Below, piece by piece: positions 1 to 16,082 of a stretch of DNA of 64,000 nt (positions within the stretch are counted from its first letter, which is position 1; the number at the start of each line of letters is the position of its first letter). A model generated the notes under the pieces. It was not told the origin of the DNA. It searched no databases and saw only the letters and a program-made list of their open reading frames with translations. The stretch is from Chrysomallon squamiferum (Eukaryota; Animalia; Mollusca), in NCBI GenBank assembly GCA_012295275.1, contig CM022674.1, forward strand, positions 5,270,001 to 5,334,000, written 5' to 3'. The translations under genes and the position numbers were made by a program.

Positions 1-858
1 AATAAAAGAAATAAAGAAAACAAAATGAAAGACAAATAATGCGAAAAAAAAAAAAAAAAGAAGAGAAAATATCAAACGGATGAAGACAACCGAAAGCAAA
101 ATGACGCAGAATTTGAAAAGAAAAGAACAAATAAAAATCAAACGTGACAAGAAAAGGACATCCACTCAAAGGAAAGATTAAACAAAGAAAACAAAACAAC
201 AAAAGGAACCAAAATACCAAAACAGAATTTAAAATCAGGGGGAGACCCATCTCCAAAATAAATAAATAAATAAATAAAATAAAATAAACAAACCAACCAA
301 ACAATAACAACAATAAAAAACAAAAATAACACAATTACACCATGAAAAAGCCTTCAAAGCTTGAAACAAATCAGAAACAATAAACCTGACTACAGTTGTT
401 TTAAAATAGTCAAAATAAATATAAAAACAGTCCCATTAAAATGAACCTTTACAGAGTGAAAATTCTGTCTTAAATGCACAGCTTTAGGAATAATATTAAC
501 AATAACGATATCAACAACATAATAATAATAATAATAAAATGAATAATGATGATGATGATGATAATAATAACAATAATAATGATTATAAAAGTGATGATAA
601 TGATGAGGATGTTAACATTAATATTGATAACGACAATATCGATAATAATAACATAAATAATAAACTTACACAAATTCCAGCATTAAAACTTAATATTAAT
701 AATAAGAATCATTAAGAATTTGCTTTGACGTAAAAGACTGTTTATAAAGGAGAGAGAAAGAAACAAAGGATGGAAAGAAAATAAGGATGAATGATTATGA
801 AAGAAAGACAAAAATAACGAAGGAAGAAAAAAGAAAATTATAATAAATTAGTAACTAT

Positions 859-908
<50 letters not shown>

Positions 909-935
909 ATAATAATAATAATAATAATAATAGTG

Positions 936-966
<31 letters not shown>

Positions 967-1041
967 TAATAATAACTAAAGAATGAGTAGGAAACATAAT
1001 AAAGCAAGATAACAAAACAATAAAACAAAACATAAAAAACA

Positions 1042-1116
<75 letters not shown>

Positions 1117-2421
1117 CAAAAAACCATAAAAAAACGACCGTTATAACCCTTATAAGGAGAAGGAGTAACCGCCCTTTTTCCACAGAAGACGTCATTACTA
1201 AAATGCGTTTTGAAATATTCATACAAACGTTCTTGTTAGCAAAAACCAGGTACACACAGAGAAACTAAACACGTTGTCCGCGGATACTAATTAGTTACTC
1301 ATTTTCCTCAGTGACCTGACCACAGTTTTCATTAAGGACTTTTTAACAAAGATCTGATGTCGCAGAAACAGCCAAAGGTTCGGCTTCTTAAACTAATTAT
1401 ATTTTCATATTTGCACTGAAATGAGAGGACGTGTTATTGCACAGACAGACTAACAGATGGACAGAGAGATGTGCTTGCAAAACGGACATAATTATGATTA
1501 TTCAAAATTAAAGAAACAGATGAAGTATATGTAATCAGGTTTATTCAAATATTTGAAAAACATACAAATACCATGACATGCATGTGCACATACGATACCG
1601 AACATTTACAAACAGAATTTCATAAATGTGGGAATATTTAATATAAAAAAATTAATTTTGATAAAAAAATACATTAATTTTGAATAATTTTGAAAGAATA
1701 CATCTAAATATTTTAATAATTATGAAAAATACGTCTAAAGATAGATTTAGATAGATAGATAGATAGATAGATACATAGGTAGATAGAAATAACGAAAATA
1801 AAGCAGAAATAACGAAAATGAAACTGAAAGTAAACAAAACGAAACTTATAAAACAACACACACACACACACAAAACCTATTAACTGTGGTCACTGAACGT
1901 AAAACAAAAACACTCATCATAACGCATCCCTGTTATCATTTCCAACAAAGCGTGGAGCAAAAACGCGAGAACATCTGAATCACGAGATATGAGCAGAGGT
2001 AACATCTTCGGTTATGAACGATCATTATGAGGGGCGCGTTCGATTGGAAATTCTCAGTGGACGAAAACTCGGCCTTAATCAGCTTATTCCATTACACGTT
2101 TTGATTGAATTGTGTCCTGTTGGCTCTCGAGTCGTCCTCCCATCTGAATGTTTGATTTAAAATACGAGAAAACGCTGCGAATTCTACGATGTTATCACGC
2201 TGCTGCGGTAGCTGATGCCGAAGACAGTGACAGCGACGTTGACGTTGTTTGATGACGGTCGCTACGTGAATGATGAAATATGGCTTTGTTGTCTTAATGT
2301 ATTGAGTACGAATGTCTGTTGTTTTTGTTTTTTTCTGTCTCTAATACATCTTCTGTGTCAGTCTATCTGTATGTCTATCTATATGTACAAATAGACAAAG
2401 CAAACGATATTTCTGTTTTGC

Positions 2422-2507
<86 letters not shown>

Positions 2508-3577
2508 GTACACGAACATATATTCAATCCTCCAAAACACACGAACGAATATTTGCTCATCTGTTCATTCTCACGTTGTTTACAAGGCTATTTGTCGTCT
2601 GTTCGTTCTCACCATTGTTTCTACGAAGACTGCTAATGTCGACGAGACTACAACAACAACAACTACTACTACTACAACTAATAAGAATAATAATAATACT
2701 GATGATAATAAAAATAATAATAATAACAACAAAAAGAATAATAATAATACTGATGATAATAATAATAATAATAATAGTAATAATAATCGTAATAGTAATA
2801 ACAATAGTACTAGCAGTAGTAGTAACAGTGGTAATAGTAATAATAATAATAATGATGATGACAATAAAGAAGTAAATAATAATAAAAAAAAACAATAAAC
2901 AAAAAATGAACAAATAAATAAATGAAGAAATGAAAAAAAAAAAAAAAAAAAATACCACACAAAATAAAGATCCATTTATGATTAACCTTAATAACCCAAC
3001 AGTGACGTATCTGCATATTCACTGCATCGATACAAATAAAATCTACGTAACGTAACAATGACAGTGACGTAGGCGGCCTTATGAGCGAAACTAAACCCGA
3101 TCTCATCCCAACTGAGCTAGAAAAAAAAAAAAACCTTTTCTTTCTAACTGAAAATATTTCATCATGTCATCCGTGCCCATCATAAAATAACCCGGCTTGA
3201 TCCAACTTTCTGAAATCCTGGATCAAAACGTAATAAAATGTTTGTCAACGAGTCGACTTATTTAATGCCTTTGTTTTGATTGGTTACGTGTACGTGATAA
3301 AACCATTAAATAGTTTGTGGTTTATAAAAACACACAGAGAGAGAGAGAGGTATATATATATATATATATATACTTATTAAACAGGTTGCGTACAGATGTG
3401 ACTAGAGTCTAGACATTACTAATTTGCTGCATGGTTGTTAATGTATCTCTCTAATTTTTATTTCATTTTTATCACGATCCATATGGTTATAAACTAACGT
3501 ATTGCACTTTTATGGACGCAGATAGACAGATAGTGAAATACATATATAGATAAATAGGTAGAAACACACACAGACAC

Positions 3578-3665
<88 letters not shown>

Positions 3666-4529
3666 GTACATACAGAGAGGATTGATGTATATTGATGTAA
3701 GATAATGTCTTGTTGGTCTATCAAACATTTTAGTAGAAAATTTCGCGAGTGACTTCGAGTTTCTCTTTACAGCGGATCTGGTTTTATGTTCTTGCTTTTA
3801 AAGATTAATAAAATCGGAGATTAACGGCTAAAATTAATCTGCTGCCATGGCAACATTTTGCCCTTTTTAATTACGATGGCAAAAGTTCAGTCTTTATATA
3901 CGCAAGGTTGGTGTCCAAATTTCTTAGAGTTAAAACGCGAGGTGGTCCTTGATGCAGTTACAATTCTGTAGTCGTAGGCATATCAATATTTGTAGTATTA
4001 GCTGTAGTGAGAGTAGTAATGATGGTGACGGCTGTAGTAGAAGTAGAAGTGGTTGTTGTAGAAGTCCTTGTAGTCGTGGTAAAAGCAATAACGGTTATAA
4101 CATTAGTATTGACATTAATAGCAGTCGTAACACTAATATAACTAGCAGTAGGAGTAGTGATAATAGAGTATCATTAGTAGTTTTTTAGTAGTAGTAGTAG
4201 TAGTAGTATTAATAGTAGTAGTAGTAGTAGTAATAGTAGTAGTAGTAGTAAAAGTAATAGTAGTACTGTTATTATTAGTAACAGTAGTAACAACAATAAC
4301 TGTGTTAGGAGTAGTGGTAACAATAAGTAGCATTAGTACTCGTACATGAACCCAAAGCAGTCATAGGACTAATAATAATAGTTGTAGTCGTAGCATATTA
4401 TTATCTGTATCAACATTACTGGTTGTAGTAGTAGAAGTAGGAACAGCAGTAGAAGCAGTAGTAGTAGTAGTAGCAGTAGTAGCAGACGAAGAAACAATTG
4501 CAGTAGTAGTATTAATACATATATATGAA

Positions 4530-5895
4530 TGAAATAGTAACAGCAGTCGTTACAGAAATAGCAGTAGTATCTGAAGTAGTAATAGCAATCGTAACAGAAA
4601 CTGCAGTAGTATCTGAAGTAGTAACAGCAGTTGTAACAGAAACAGCAGTAGTATCTGAAGTAGTAACAGCAGTCGTAACAGAAACTGCAGTAGTATCTGA
4701 AGTAGTAACAGCAGTTGTAACAGAAACAGCAGTAGTACCTGAAGTAGTAACAGCAGTCGTAACAGAAACTGCAGTAGTATCTGAAGTAGTAACAGCAGTC
4801 GTAACAGAAACAGCAATAGTATCTGAAGTAGTAATAGCAGTCGTAACAGAAACAGTAGTAGTATCTGAAGTAGTGACAGCAGTCGTAACAGAAACTGCAG
4901 TAGTATCTGAAGTAGTAATAGCAGTCGTAACAGAAACTGCAGTAGTATCTGAAGTAGTAATAGCAATCGTAACAGAAACTGCAGTATCTGAAGTAGTAAC
5001 AGCAATCGTAACAGAAACAGCAGTAGTATCTGAAGTAGTAATAGCAGTCGTAACAGAAACAGTAGTAGTATCTGAAATAGTAATAGCAGTCGTAACAGAA
5101 ACTGTAGTAGTATCTGAAATAGTAATAGCAGTCGTAAAAGAAACAGTAGTAGTATCTGAAGTAGTAATAGCAGTCGTAACAGAAACTGTAGTAGTATCTG
5201 AAGTAGTAATAGCAGTCGTAACAGAAATTGTAGTAGTATCTGAAGTAGTAATAGCAGTCGTAACAGAAACAGCAGTAGTATCTGAAGTAGTAATAGCAGT
5301 CGTAACAGAAACTGCAGTAGTATCTGAAGTAGTAATAGCAGTCGTAACAGAAATTGTAGTAGTATCTGAAATAGTAATAGCAGTCGTAAAAGAAACTGCA
5401 GTAGTATCTGAAGTAGTAATAGCAGTCGTAACAGAAATTGTAGTAGTATCTGAAATAGTAATAGCAGTCGTAAAAGAAACTGCAGTAGTATCTGAAGTAG
5501 TAATAGCAGTTGTAACAGAAACAGCAGTAGTATCTGAAATAGTAATAGCAGTCGTAACAGAAACTGCAGTAGTATCTGAAATAGTAATAGCAGTCGTAAC
5601 AGAAACTGCAGTAGTATCTGAAGTAGTAATAGCAGTCGTAACAGAAACAGTAGTACTATCTGAAGTAGTAATAGCAGTCGTAACAGAAACAGCAGTAGTA
5701 TCTGAAGTAGTAATAGCAGTCGTAACAGAAACAGCAGTAGTATATGAAGTAGTAATAGAGTCGTAACAGAAACTGCATTAGTATCTGAAGTAGTAATAGC
5801 AGTCGTAACAGAAACAGTAGTAGTATCTGAAGTAGTAATAGCAGTCGTAACAGAAACAGCAGTAGTATCTGAAGTAGTAATAGCAGTCGTAAGAG
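4530..5895. repeat. 42-bp minisatellite, about 32 copies (GTAGTATCTGAAGTAGTAATAGCAGTCGTAACAGAAACTGCA)
   Basis: Directly visible tandem array. The period corresponds to the 14-aa repeat VVSEVVIAVVTETA (+) / TTSDTTAVSVTTAI (-). There is a 1-nt deletion at about 5758. Confidence 0.95.
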
Positions 5896-6890
5896 AGACA
5901 GCAGTAGCAGTAATTATTATCATTATCTTTACGACAACAGTGAGAAAAACATGCAAGATAAAAACGCCTGCACGATTTATCGACATTCTGGGCGTAACGA
6001 ACCTGTCTGCGTAGTTACGTAGTCTCGTCTTTGGAACTTGAAAACCTGGAGCAGAATCGATATTAAATATTGACGAGAGCTTGTCAGTTTGAGTTTATCT
6101 GTCAAATGACGTACACATTGTTTAATAATGTATGCTGCTTTTTTAACCACAGTATTCCAACAGAAAGAAGGAGTGAATGAATGGCCAGTAATAATGGTGA
6201 CGGGTGGACGAATGTACGTTTAGATGGATAGATGGACGGATGGATGAATGAATGGAAGGAGGGAGAGATAGATGTTTATATGTACGTATGTATGTATGTT
6301 CGAATTTTCACAAATCTACCCAAATCATTTTACTATTAATACAAATATAATAAAAAGCAACAAATAAAATGTAAATAAGAGTATACTATTATTAAAAAGG
6401 CAAAAAGAAATACACCATAAATAATTTTTTAGAGCACAAGATGTGTTATTATGTATCAACACATCTAGCGTGCTATGGCACACGTGTAATTCACACATTT
6501 TACCATAGGAGGACTGCCACTTCGGAAGAAGACTGCCGCTGTTTTTCATATATCTTTGTGTCTGGACTTCCGCGTATCTTTGTTAGACTCAAACAAAGAA
6601 TTTTAATTTAAAATTACTTAAAACAGAATACGCAGATTAACACGTGCTGTATTTGTAATAGATAGTCTGGTGTTAGATTTAGAATGTTGATTTAGTTTTT
6701 ATAAATAGTGACACGGACGTTAAAGTACAAATCAGAACATCAAAAACATACGAAAATAGTTAAGGAGAGAGAGGGAAATACCTTTATACGTATCTCTCTG
6801 TGTGTACGGATATAAATATAGATTTTAATAAAGATAACAAGCTACAAAAAGAATACACACCGTTACAACACAGAACCGGTGTTGAATAAG

Positions 6891-7195
6891 TTAATGGCCT
6901 GTGATATCAGTTTAATTATGACGCGAAATTGAACTAGAAAAGGATCGTTTCTTGTAAAATAACCAAAAATAATGGCAAAAATGTAATCTGGACGCTACGA
7001 CTTTATGAAATTTGGTATTTTAGTACAACTTCGACTTAAGAAGCTGCTATTTTAGTTTCAGCTCGATCGGAAAAGCGGTTTCTTTGACTACATTTTACTG
7101 CCTTGCAAGAAATAATTCAGTTAAATAATAATACATTCTTTTTTATATTGCGAAGAAAACATTTTAGGCTATATCTTTTTCGCAGGGCCTTTTTA
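6891..7195. mobile_element. Degenerate TTAA-flanked MITE (Kolobok-like)
   Basis: Left end ttaa-tggcctgtga and right end tcgcagggcct-ttttaa form an imperfect inverted repeat. The interior is more complex than the flanks. Confidence 0.3.
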
Positions 7196-7294
7196 ATGTC
7201 TCATGATCCACAAGATTAAATTCAAGGGCAAACTGAATATATATATATATTTATGCATGTATGTATGCGTGTTTGCATATATATATATATACAC

Positions 7295-7325
<31 letters not shown>

Positions 7326-7396
7326 CATACATACATATATATACATACATATACATATATACATACACACACACACACATATATATATACATACAT

Positions 7397-7429
<33 letters not shown>

Positions 7430-7536
7430 CATACATACACACACACACATATATATATATACATACATATATTCATATTCATATATATATATATGTATGT
7501 ATGTATGTATGTATATATATACATACATACATACAT

Positions 7537-7568
<32 letters not shown>

Positions 7569-7801
7569 GTATGTATATTTGTTGTGTACATAAATATATG
7601 TTTGTATATATGTACCTCTATATGTATATATGTATAGGCTCTATATGTTTGTTTTGTTTAGCTGCATTACAAGAACAAACATCTGGGAACTCTTGGGTGT
7701 TATATAACTAATACTTATAATAAATAATCTTTATAGTCATTCATATTTACACTACGGAAAGCAAAACTAAAATTAAGGTATACGATAACACTTTTCAGGG
7801 T

Positions 7802-7893
7802 CACTGGCTGGAACGAGAAAATAGCTGCTGATCAGTACTGATTCCGGACACATTCATTCCCGAGTTTAACGCTCTAACCAATGAACCACTCCA
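7802..7893 (-). mobile_element. tRNA-derived SINE fragment
   Basis: A tRNA-like head (TGGTTCATTGGTTAGAGCG) is followed by the core GCTATTTTCTCGTTCCAGCCAGTG. The core recurs in degenerate form at 23357, 24811, 27644 and 42141. Confidence 0.55.
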
Positions 7894-8501
7894 TGTCCTA
7901 TTATAAAAAAAATAAAAAAATAAAAATAAAAATAACACACACCAAAAAAACCACACAATAAAATAAAGAACCTCTGAGTTATGACTGCAATCATTGCCTA
8001 CGGTGACGACCACGTCGTTAATATTAAGACGACATCAGTCTTCATTTGGACATGCTCGGCAATATCCTGTTCCATTCTGAGCCAGGGACTATTGGCGGGG
8101 ACGAAGATAGAAGCACGTGGAGTTTGGCGCGGATCAACTGTCTCTCTCTCACTGAGACGAGTGTATGTGTGATTTACTCCTCGTGCAGTTTATTTGCAAC
8201 AGCTCGTGAAATAAGGCTAATATGTCACGAGATAAGCACGCGCGTGACTTGGCTTCGTAACCGCACAGAGCCTGGGTGTTTTATATCGAAAAGTCGCCAA
8301 TGGATTGCACTTGTCGTGTCTGTAGAAACAGCGATGCGTCGCTGTGAACGCTGGAAAAGGTCGAAATGGTCAATTGGGCGTATTGATTTTTCGTTCGTTC
8401 AATAATATATGGACATCTGCGGGTTATTGGCAATTGCGAAATGTTACTAGTTGTTTCGTCGAGTTGGCATTGTTGCGTTGCAGATGGAGAGAGAGATAGA
8501 G

Positions 8502-8636
<135 letters not shown>

Positions 8637-8747
8637 ATATACACAGACTGATTGATAGATAAACGATGTATGGTCGCCACATGAAAAAATAAAAGACAAA
8701 ACAGTGAGAAATACTGTAGAAAATCGTTTTAATAATTTATTAATGTT

Positions 8748-8778
<31 letters not shown>

Positions 8779-9952
8779 TATATTTTTTAGCAAGGAGATA
8801 ATCGAAATCTTTCACCCAATTGAAAAAAGCTTATATTATTACACACATAAATTAATCCTTTTTTCTCTTTTTTTTTTTTTATGTATTGTGGGGATTGATT
8901 AATTCCAATACCTATTATTTGGTCGTGTGTTATTAAAATGAACCTGCCGTCGATGCTATATTAAAAAACTGGCACTGCGTTAATAATAACCACTAACATT
9001 CACGACTGGTACTTTGCCTGTTAAAACTAACTCGGTTAATAGTTCGTGCATTCAAAAATAATCACGTGTTGATTAAGCTCTGCAGATGTTCACTGACAAT
9101 AAGGAAGTTTTTATCGGCATTTTAAATAATAATAATAATAATGGAGAAGAAGAAATAATAATAATAATAATGTTTTTGCCCGTTGTGAAATCGTGCAAAA
9201 CTGGTGCAAATATTCTGTTGCGATAATTCCGCCATTTTTGCCACCCACCGCAGCTTCTGTTTCCAAGAGTAACGGTATTTATTTATTTATTTATTTATCA
9301 TCGGTTACTGTATAGATTCTATATAACATTTCAGTACTTAGCAAGCTATCCGTAAACCAGATCAACGGAAATTTTAACTGAGTATTAAAAATGCATGCCA
9401 GTCCCAAAAGCCTTGAGAAATGAGACAAATATTTCTGAGATCGTTTTAGCCTCTAACTCTACCGATTTGTTGTAATAATCCACTGCAACAGCGGCTATTA
9501 CCAGTCTATCAAAACAGATAATTTTCTCCATTGTCCTTAGAGCTGGATGAACGGTAGTTTCGTTTTAAAGATTAAAAATGAGTGAACAAGGTCAGGAAAA
9601 AAAGAAACATATAAAAGAAACAAAAAAAAAAAAGGGGAAAAAAGGGAGAGATCAAGATATAAAGAAAGACATGGTTAGCAAGAGATACAAAGAAAGAGAG
9701 AGGGAAAGAGAGACAGTGAGAGAAATGGAGAGAAAGAGAGACACAAAGAGAAATAAATATTTTGATGAAGAGAGAATTTTTTTTTTAAAACTGGGACAAA
9801 TATATACATACTCATGAGATTGTATACGGTAAAGTTTCTTTTATCAAGATGGGGAAAAAGTTTAACTCATAATAAAAAAAACGTACGCAGAACCTTAAAT
9901 CTCAGACAAATATGTCTTTCCATTGACATTAGCCATTACTTTGATTATCCCA

Positions 9953-9987
<35 letters not shown>

Positions 9988-10404
9988 GCTTAAGATTAAA
10001 AATATAATTTTTTTATCTCATTATGCAGAAGTGAGAAAATGAATAGATGTTCCATTCCTGTATATTTTTATATTAAATATATACATATATACATACATAC
10101 GTACATACGTACAGACACATACATACATATGTACATACATACAAACACATACACACACACACACACACATACATACATACATACATACAAATATATATAT
10201 ATATACACATACACACACATACATATATACACATAAATACATTCAGTAATATGACTAGAAATAAAAGAACCATGTATTATATTCTGTAAATTATGGATTT
10301 TATACTAATTACCTTTTCTCTCCGCAGGAACAATAATTAACCTTTTCGTCGCGAATTCTGATCATACATAACCTTTCAGAAAAACACTGATAAATCATTA
10401 TTCA

Positions 10405-10487
<83 letters not shown>

Positions 10488-10574
10488 GATGGGTGTAGCT
10501 TGAAAATGTGTCGACGAGAAAGAGATAGGAAGAAAGGGGTGAGAAAGAAAATATGATGAAACGGTAAAACTATT

Positions 10575-10658
<84 letters not shown>

Positions 10659-11234
10659 AAGACGAGTTTATAATCAAAGTAAACAAAACAGAAATGCTCT
10701 CTATCACTACGAACAACAACCGGTGCTGCTGATTGAGTTTGTGATTTATTTGATCGCCTTCTCGTTGCGTCTCTCGTGGACAGAGAACCACGCGCTCCTG
10801 TGACGAAATGACAGCCTCGTTTCGCTCAACAAGATGAACGAGTGCTTCTCTTTAATCAAGTAATAACCGGCTCAGTGTAGACCCTATCTCTGTCCATATT
10901 GAAACTTTACGTTTTCTCTCTCTCTCCCACTGGGTCAAACGTTTAATTAACGTCCGAACGAATATCATCAAAGCGGTGTCAAAATATTCTCCATTTGTTT
11001 TTTTGTTATGTGTTTTTTTTTTTTTTTTTTTTCTTTTTCTATTAATCGACGGTTTGGTTAACTCTGTTAGTGCTTAAACAAGTGTGTATTTTTGTTTCGT
11101 TCTTTCGTTCTTTCTTCTTCATTTCTTTTATTTATTAAATTTTGTCGCTATCCCATAGGTTAATTTTGCCTGTTAGCAATAATAAATATCAATATATGAA
11201 CCTTCCCATTGACAAACAAATGACATAGAAATAT

Positions 11235-11312
<78 letters not shown>

Positions 11313-12925
11313 AGTTTCTCTATTTCAGTATTTGTTGCTCTCTCTCTCATCAAACCTACTTTCTCTATTACACTCTCTTTCCTTCCATTTTTTTAAAAAG
11401 GAGAAGAAGACAGCCATTATGGTATTTCCTTGCAAAATAATCGAACGTTTTCTTTCTAAGAATATTACACATTAGATGCGGAATTTTGGGGTTTTTTTTT
11501 TGTTGTTACACTATTACTAAGACGTTTAATAAAATTAACTCCAAAATTTAAAGTGTAAGAAAAAAAGATAGGAAAAAAAATATAAAGAAAGGAAAAGAAA
11601 ATTACAAAGATACCATACATACACAGTGTTTCAGAAACTGTTGTTTTCTTCTATTCTCGATTCAGCTGGTACTAATAATATACTAAAATAATTGCAATAA
11701 GAATTTTCTATCTTCTGAAACCATAATAAAAGTTTAATTTTTATGTCTTCTAATTGAATATGTCAACAGCTCTAGCCGAAAATAGAGAAAAAATAATTAA
11801 AATTAAAATTAAAAAAAAAAAAGCAGCTAGAAAATCGAAATTAAAAACAAGAAAAAATTGCCCCCTACACTATGATAACAGAAAAAAAAAAAATAAATAA
11901 ATAAATAAATTTAAAAAAAAAAAGAATAGCTGCCTGATATAATAATAGTAATAGTAATAATTTGTAGCTGCAGTAATAATATTGCAGTTACAGTAATAAT
12001 AGCAGTAATAGCAGTGGTAGTAGTAGTAGTAGTAGTGGTAATATTAATAATAATGGCAATAGTGATAGTAGCAATATGGGTAAGCATAGAAATAGCTTTT
12101 GTTATTGCAAAGATCGAAGTGCTAATAGTGGTAATAGCAGCGAAAATAGTAGAAGTTGTAGTAGTAGTGGTGATGGTGGTAGTAGTAGTAGTAGTAGTGC
12201 GTATGATAGTAGTAGTACTAGTGGTGGTAGTGGTAATGATAGTAATAATAGTAATGGTAGCGGTAGTAGTAGTACTAGTAATAGTATTCAACAACAAGTA
12301 AAATAATATCAGCAGGTCAGCAATAGTAGTAGTGGTGGTGGTAGTGGTGGTGGTAGTAGTGGTAGTAATGACGGTGATGACACTGTAGTGTTTGTAGCAA
12401 CAAGAGCATAGTGGTAGATTTAAAGCAAAAATCGTAGTAATTTTATGAGTTATGTTATTACTCTTCCTTGTTAATATTAATATAATACGTCCCTATTAAT
12501 TACCTTATTACATCCACGATATCAGTAAAATGTCTATATTTACCATAGATAAAGACTTACCTTTCAAAAGAGATAACCGAAGAATTAGGTCAGGAAATCC
12601 AGTTATTAAAAACCTTACGGAGAAATCGTACGTAGATCATTATTTACGAGCTGGCTTTTTCTTTTTTGACGTCATAATGAAATAATAACCTTTGACCTCG
12701 TTGGCTATATTTTACGTAATCGTGCTTAGTACTGGCAATTGTGATGCTCTGTGAAATATGTTGTCTGGATCAGGGAGGTGAAAAGAATATTAAAGCCATT
12801 AAATTAATACAGATTTCTCCATGGGGACGTTAACTCGGATTCTTGCGTTGTAGTGAATATGTTGTTGTGGGCGGTATCAACAATTCTGTAAGAGGTGGGT
12901 TGCCATTTTCACGACACACATAGAG

Positions 12926-13013
<88 letters not shown>

Positions 13014-13685
13014 GGATTTAGGCATACGAGTGCGAGGCGTTGCTCAACAATGAAATCAAATTACGTAACAAATGAACTAAAATAAATATTAAACTGCATT
13101 TGTTCAGGAAAAATAAATAAGCTAGGTTCCTCAAAAGAAGTCAGGTTTTATTATTCTCGATTTTATTGACTGTAAGAATAACTTTGAACTGCACGTTTAG
13201 TTGGACATGCAGGCCATAAACGAATTACTGACCATCGGATGAAATATGAAGTTTTGTGGTGCCTTTTTTTTATTCAAAAATACACATTACTGTCAACTTT
13301 TTCTTTTCTGGATACTGTTGTATATGATATTAATCGTTGTTATTCAAAGTAAATAACAGCCGAGCAAAAAATAAATAATGAAGAATTTTAATTTTTCTGG
13401 TTCTATTCACGATCCGAATTATTATTTTTTTTTTTAAATGAATTCTTCTCAGTAGAAAATACGAAACAAATTAATGAGAGCAAATCAAAAACAGGTTCCT
13501 TGCAACCAAACTTTTGAATTTATTAAACTGAGATAAGTAAATATCTTGCAGTTATCATGGTACTATCGAGCTATTTATGATTATAATTTTCAAATTAACA
13601 GTGCATTTACATAACAACGCGATTGTTAACACAACAAGGAAGATAACTCTTGTTTTTTCTTAATTTCTTACCGCATATGATTTGA

Positions 13686-13757
<72 letters not shown>

Positions 13758-13939
13758 TTATTTATTTATTTTTTATTTTTATTTTTTTTACCTTGGTTTG
13801 ATATAATTAAATGTGATTTTTTAATTTATATTTTAATTATTAAATATATTTGTTTTTAATTAAATTATAAATAACAAAAATATTGAAAACGGTGATTTTA
13901 TTTTATTTCAAAATCCTTGAATAAGGTCATAGATTTAAT

Positions 13940-13970
<31 letters not shown>

Positions 13971-14188
13971 GAAATGTCTTTAATGCTTTTAAATATTAAA
14001 AATGAAATAATCTTTTCGACATTTGAAAAACTCTCGTTATTACTAACATCTATAATGTATAGGATTATGTTTATAATTTTCAACAGGTGACTACTGTATT
14101 CTAATGTACTGGTAAAAAAGATTATTTTATTAACTTGTAAGCAGCTTTATAGGTTAATAATTTAATACTGATATAATAAGTATAATAC

Positions 14189-14293
<105 letters not shown>

Positions 14294-14890
14294 TGTTTAC
14301 TGTATTCTAATGTATTTAGAAAAAAGATTAAATTTATTAAATAATATTAGGCAGTTTTATATGTGAATAATTTAATACTTATATAATAAGTACATACAAT
14401 GCTAACGCTAGACAGATAGACAGAGATACATAAATAAATAGAGAAAAAAATTACATAGATAGATAGATAGACAGATAGATAAACCGACTGACTGACTGAT
14501 ACAAGCACAAACAAATATTTATCTAAGGACAGACACAGAGGGAATACACGCAGCCAAATTAAATAAATAAATCCTAATAAACAAAATATATTAAAACAAA
14601 CAAATAAATATAAATAAAGAAACAATACAAGTAAGTAAATAAATAATTTAGGTTAAATAATAAAGAAATAAAGAACTAAATAAAGAAATAAAGAATTAAA
14701 TAAAGAAATAAAGAATTAAATAAATAAATAAACGATTAAATAAATAAAGAAAGAAAGAAAGAAAGAAAAAGAAAAAGAAAAAAAGACAGCAAAAAAAACC
14801 CCACAATGTTAATAAATAAATAAATAAATAAATAATAATTAAAAAAAAACAATGTAAATAAATAAATAAATAAATAAATAACGTACTTAC

Positions 14891-14981
14891 CTATCAAAGG
14901 TAGTAAAATCATAACCAAGAACACGCCCGTGTTTTGAAAACAGGAAATAACAAGTCCTTTCATTCCTACGATCAAACCCAT
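14891..14981 (-). CDS. Candidate first coding exon (signal-peptide-like) of a large minus-strand gene running toward or beyond the window start
   Basis: ATG 14981 gives MGLIVGMKGLVISCFQNTGVFLVMILLPLI, ending at a perfect phase-1 donor (ATAG|gtaagt at 14890). It lies directly downstream of a CpG-enriched, promoter-like patch (about 14990-15200). Confidence 0.35.
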
Positions 14982-15756
14982 AATTCAACAGGTTATCGGC
15001 TGCCACCGTCTTTGGCGGCAAATACCAGCGCGCGCAGACGTACAAATCGAACTAAAGAGCTCACGCGCTGCCTCCTGCAGCTGATCGCAGACTTCATTGA
15101 CCGACAGGAGGACGGCATTTGATTATCCTGTCAGATATTAAGGCAGATTAATTGTCAATCGCTGCTAGCTGCTTCCAGGTTCGTCGAATGATATTTTATG
15201 TCCAAACATTTCTGTTTGTTTGTTTTGTGCACGAAAAAAAAAAAAAAAAAAAAAGAAAAAAAATCAATACGAAGCGACGGATTAAAAGGGAATACATTTA
15301 ACTTTACTTTCAGTCTCCTCTATCATTCCTTTCATTTTTCTCTCCTCCTCCCTCTGCACACGTTTGTGCAGATCCTCACCATTGTTGCTGCAGCTTTTTG
15401 ACCTGAAGACGGCCTTTTGGATATTTGAGTTCGGATGTTTTTGGAGATTATCGATTTATAGATAAATTGTAGTTTCATTACGGTGATCGAAGACTGCCAA
15501 ATGTACGTTACACGTACCCGGGACAGTTAATTATACGTAAAACGTCAAATATACATTCAAGTTGTACACAGATTTAGATAGTAAAATAGTGATTATGCGG
15601 GGACTTGTTAGGGATAGGGATTATACTAACTTCGGATTGTAGATAATGTTATTTTGGATTTTTAGTTGTTTTTTTTTTTTTGTACACGACTGAGCAAATA
15701 CCAAAGGCTGCTCAATTTTGTTTTGAAGAAACTCAATCCATTTTAATATCAGAAAC

Positions 15757-15873
<117 letters not shown>

Positions 15874-16050
15874 GTGTGTGTATGTAATCGCAAGATGAAG
15901 GCTAACAAAGTTTCGTCTGTAGTCGAAGTTCGTAGCATGTTGAGATCAATATTAATTTTGTAAAGGTGACAGATATGAAATCTTTTTCGATATTCAATAT
16001 TCCATATTTCAGCCAAGATAAAAAAAAAAAAAAATCTAAGAAAAAAAAAA

Positions 16051-16082
<32 letters not shown>

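Noticed and set aside
1044-1114. About 70-nt poly(A) as a retrocopy tail
   Set aside because: No upstream retro-element or processed-gene body and no TSD; the flanks are low-complexity.
4530-5895. CRISPR-like array
   Set aside because: Head-to-tail units with no unique spacers, in eukaryotic DNA with no cas genes.
12561-12720. Minus-strand exon ending at a perfect gtaagt donor (12560)
   Set aside because: Upstream ATG frames hit stops before the donor and there is no clear acceptor; at most a non-coding exon.
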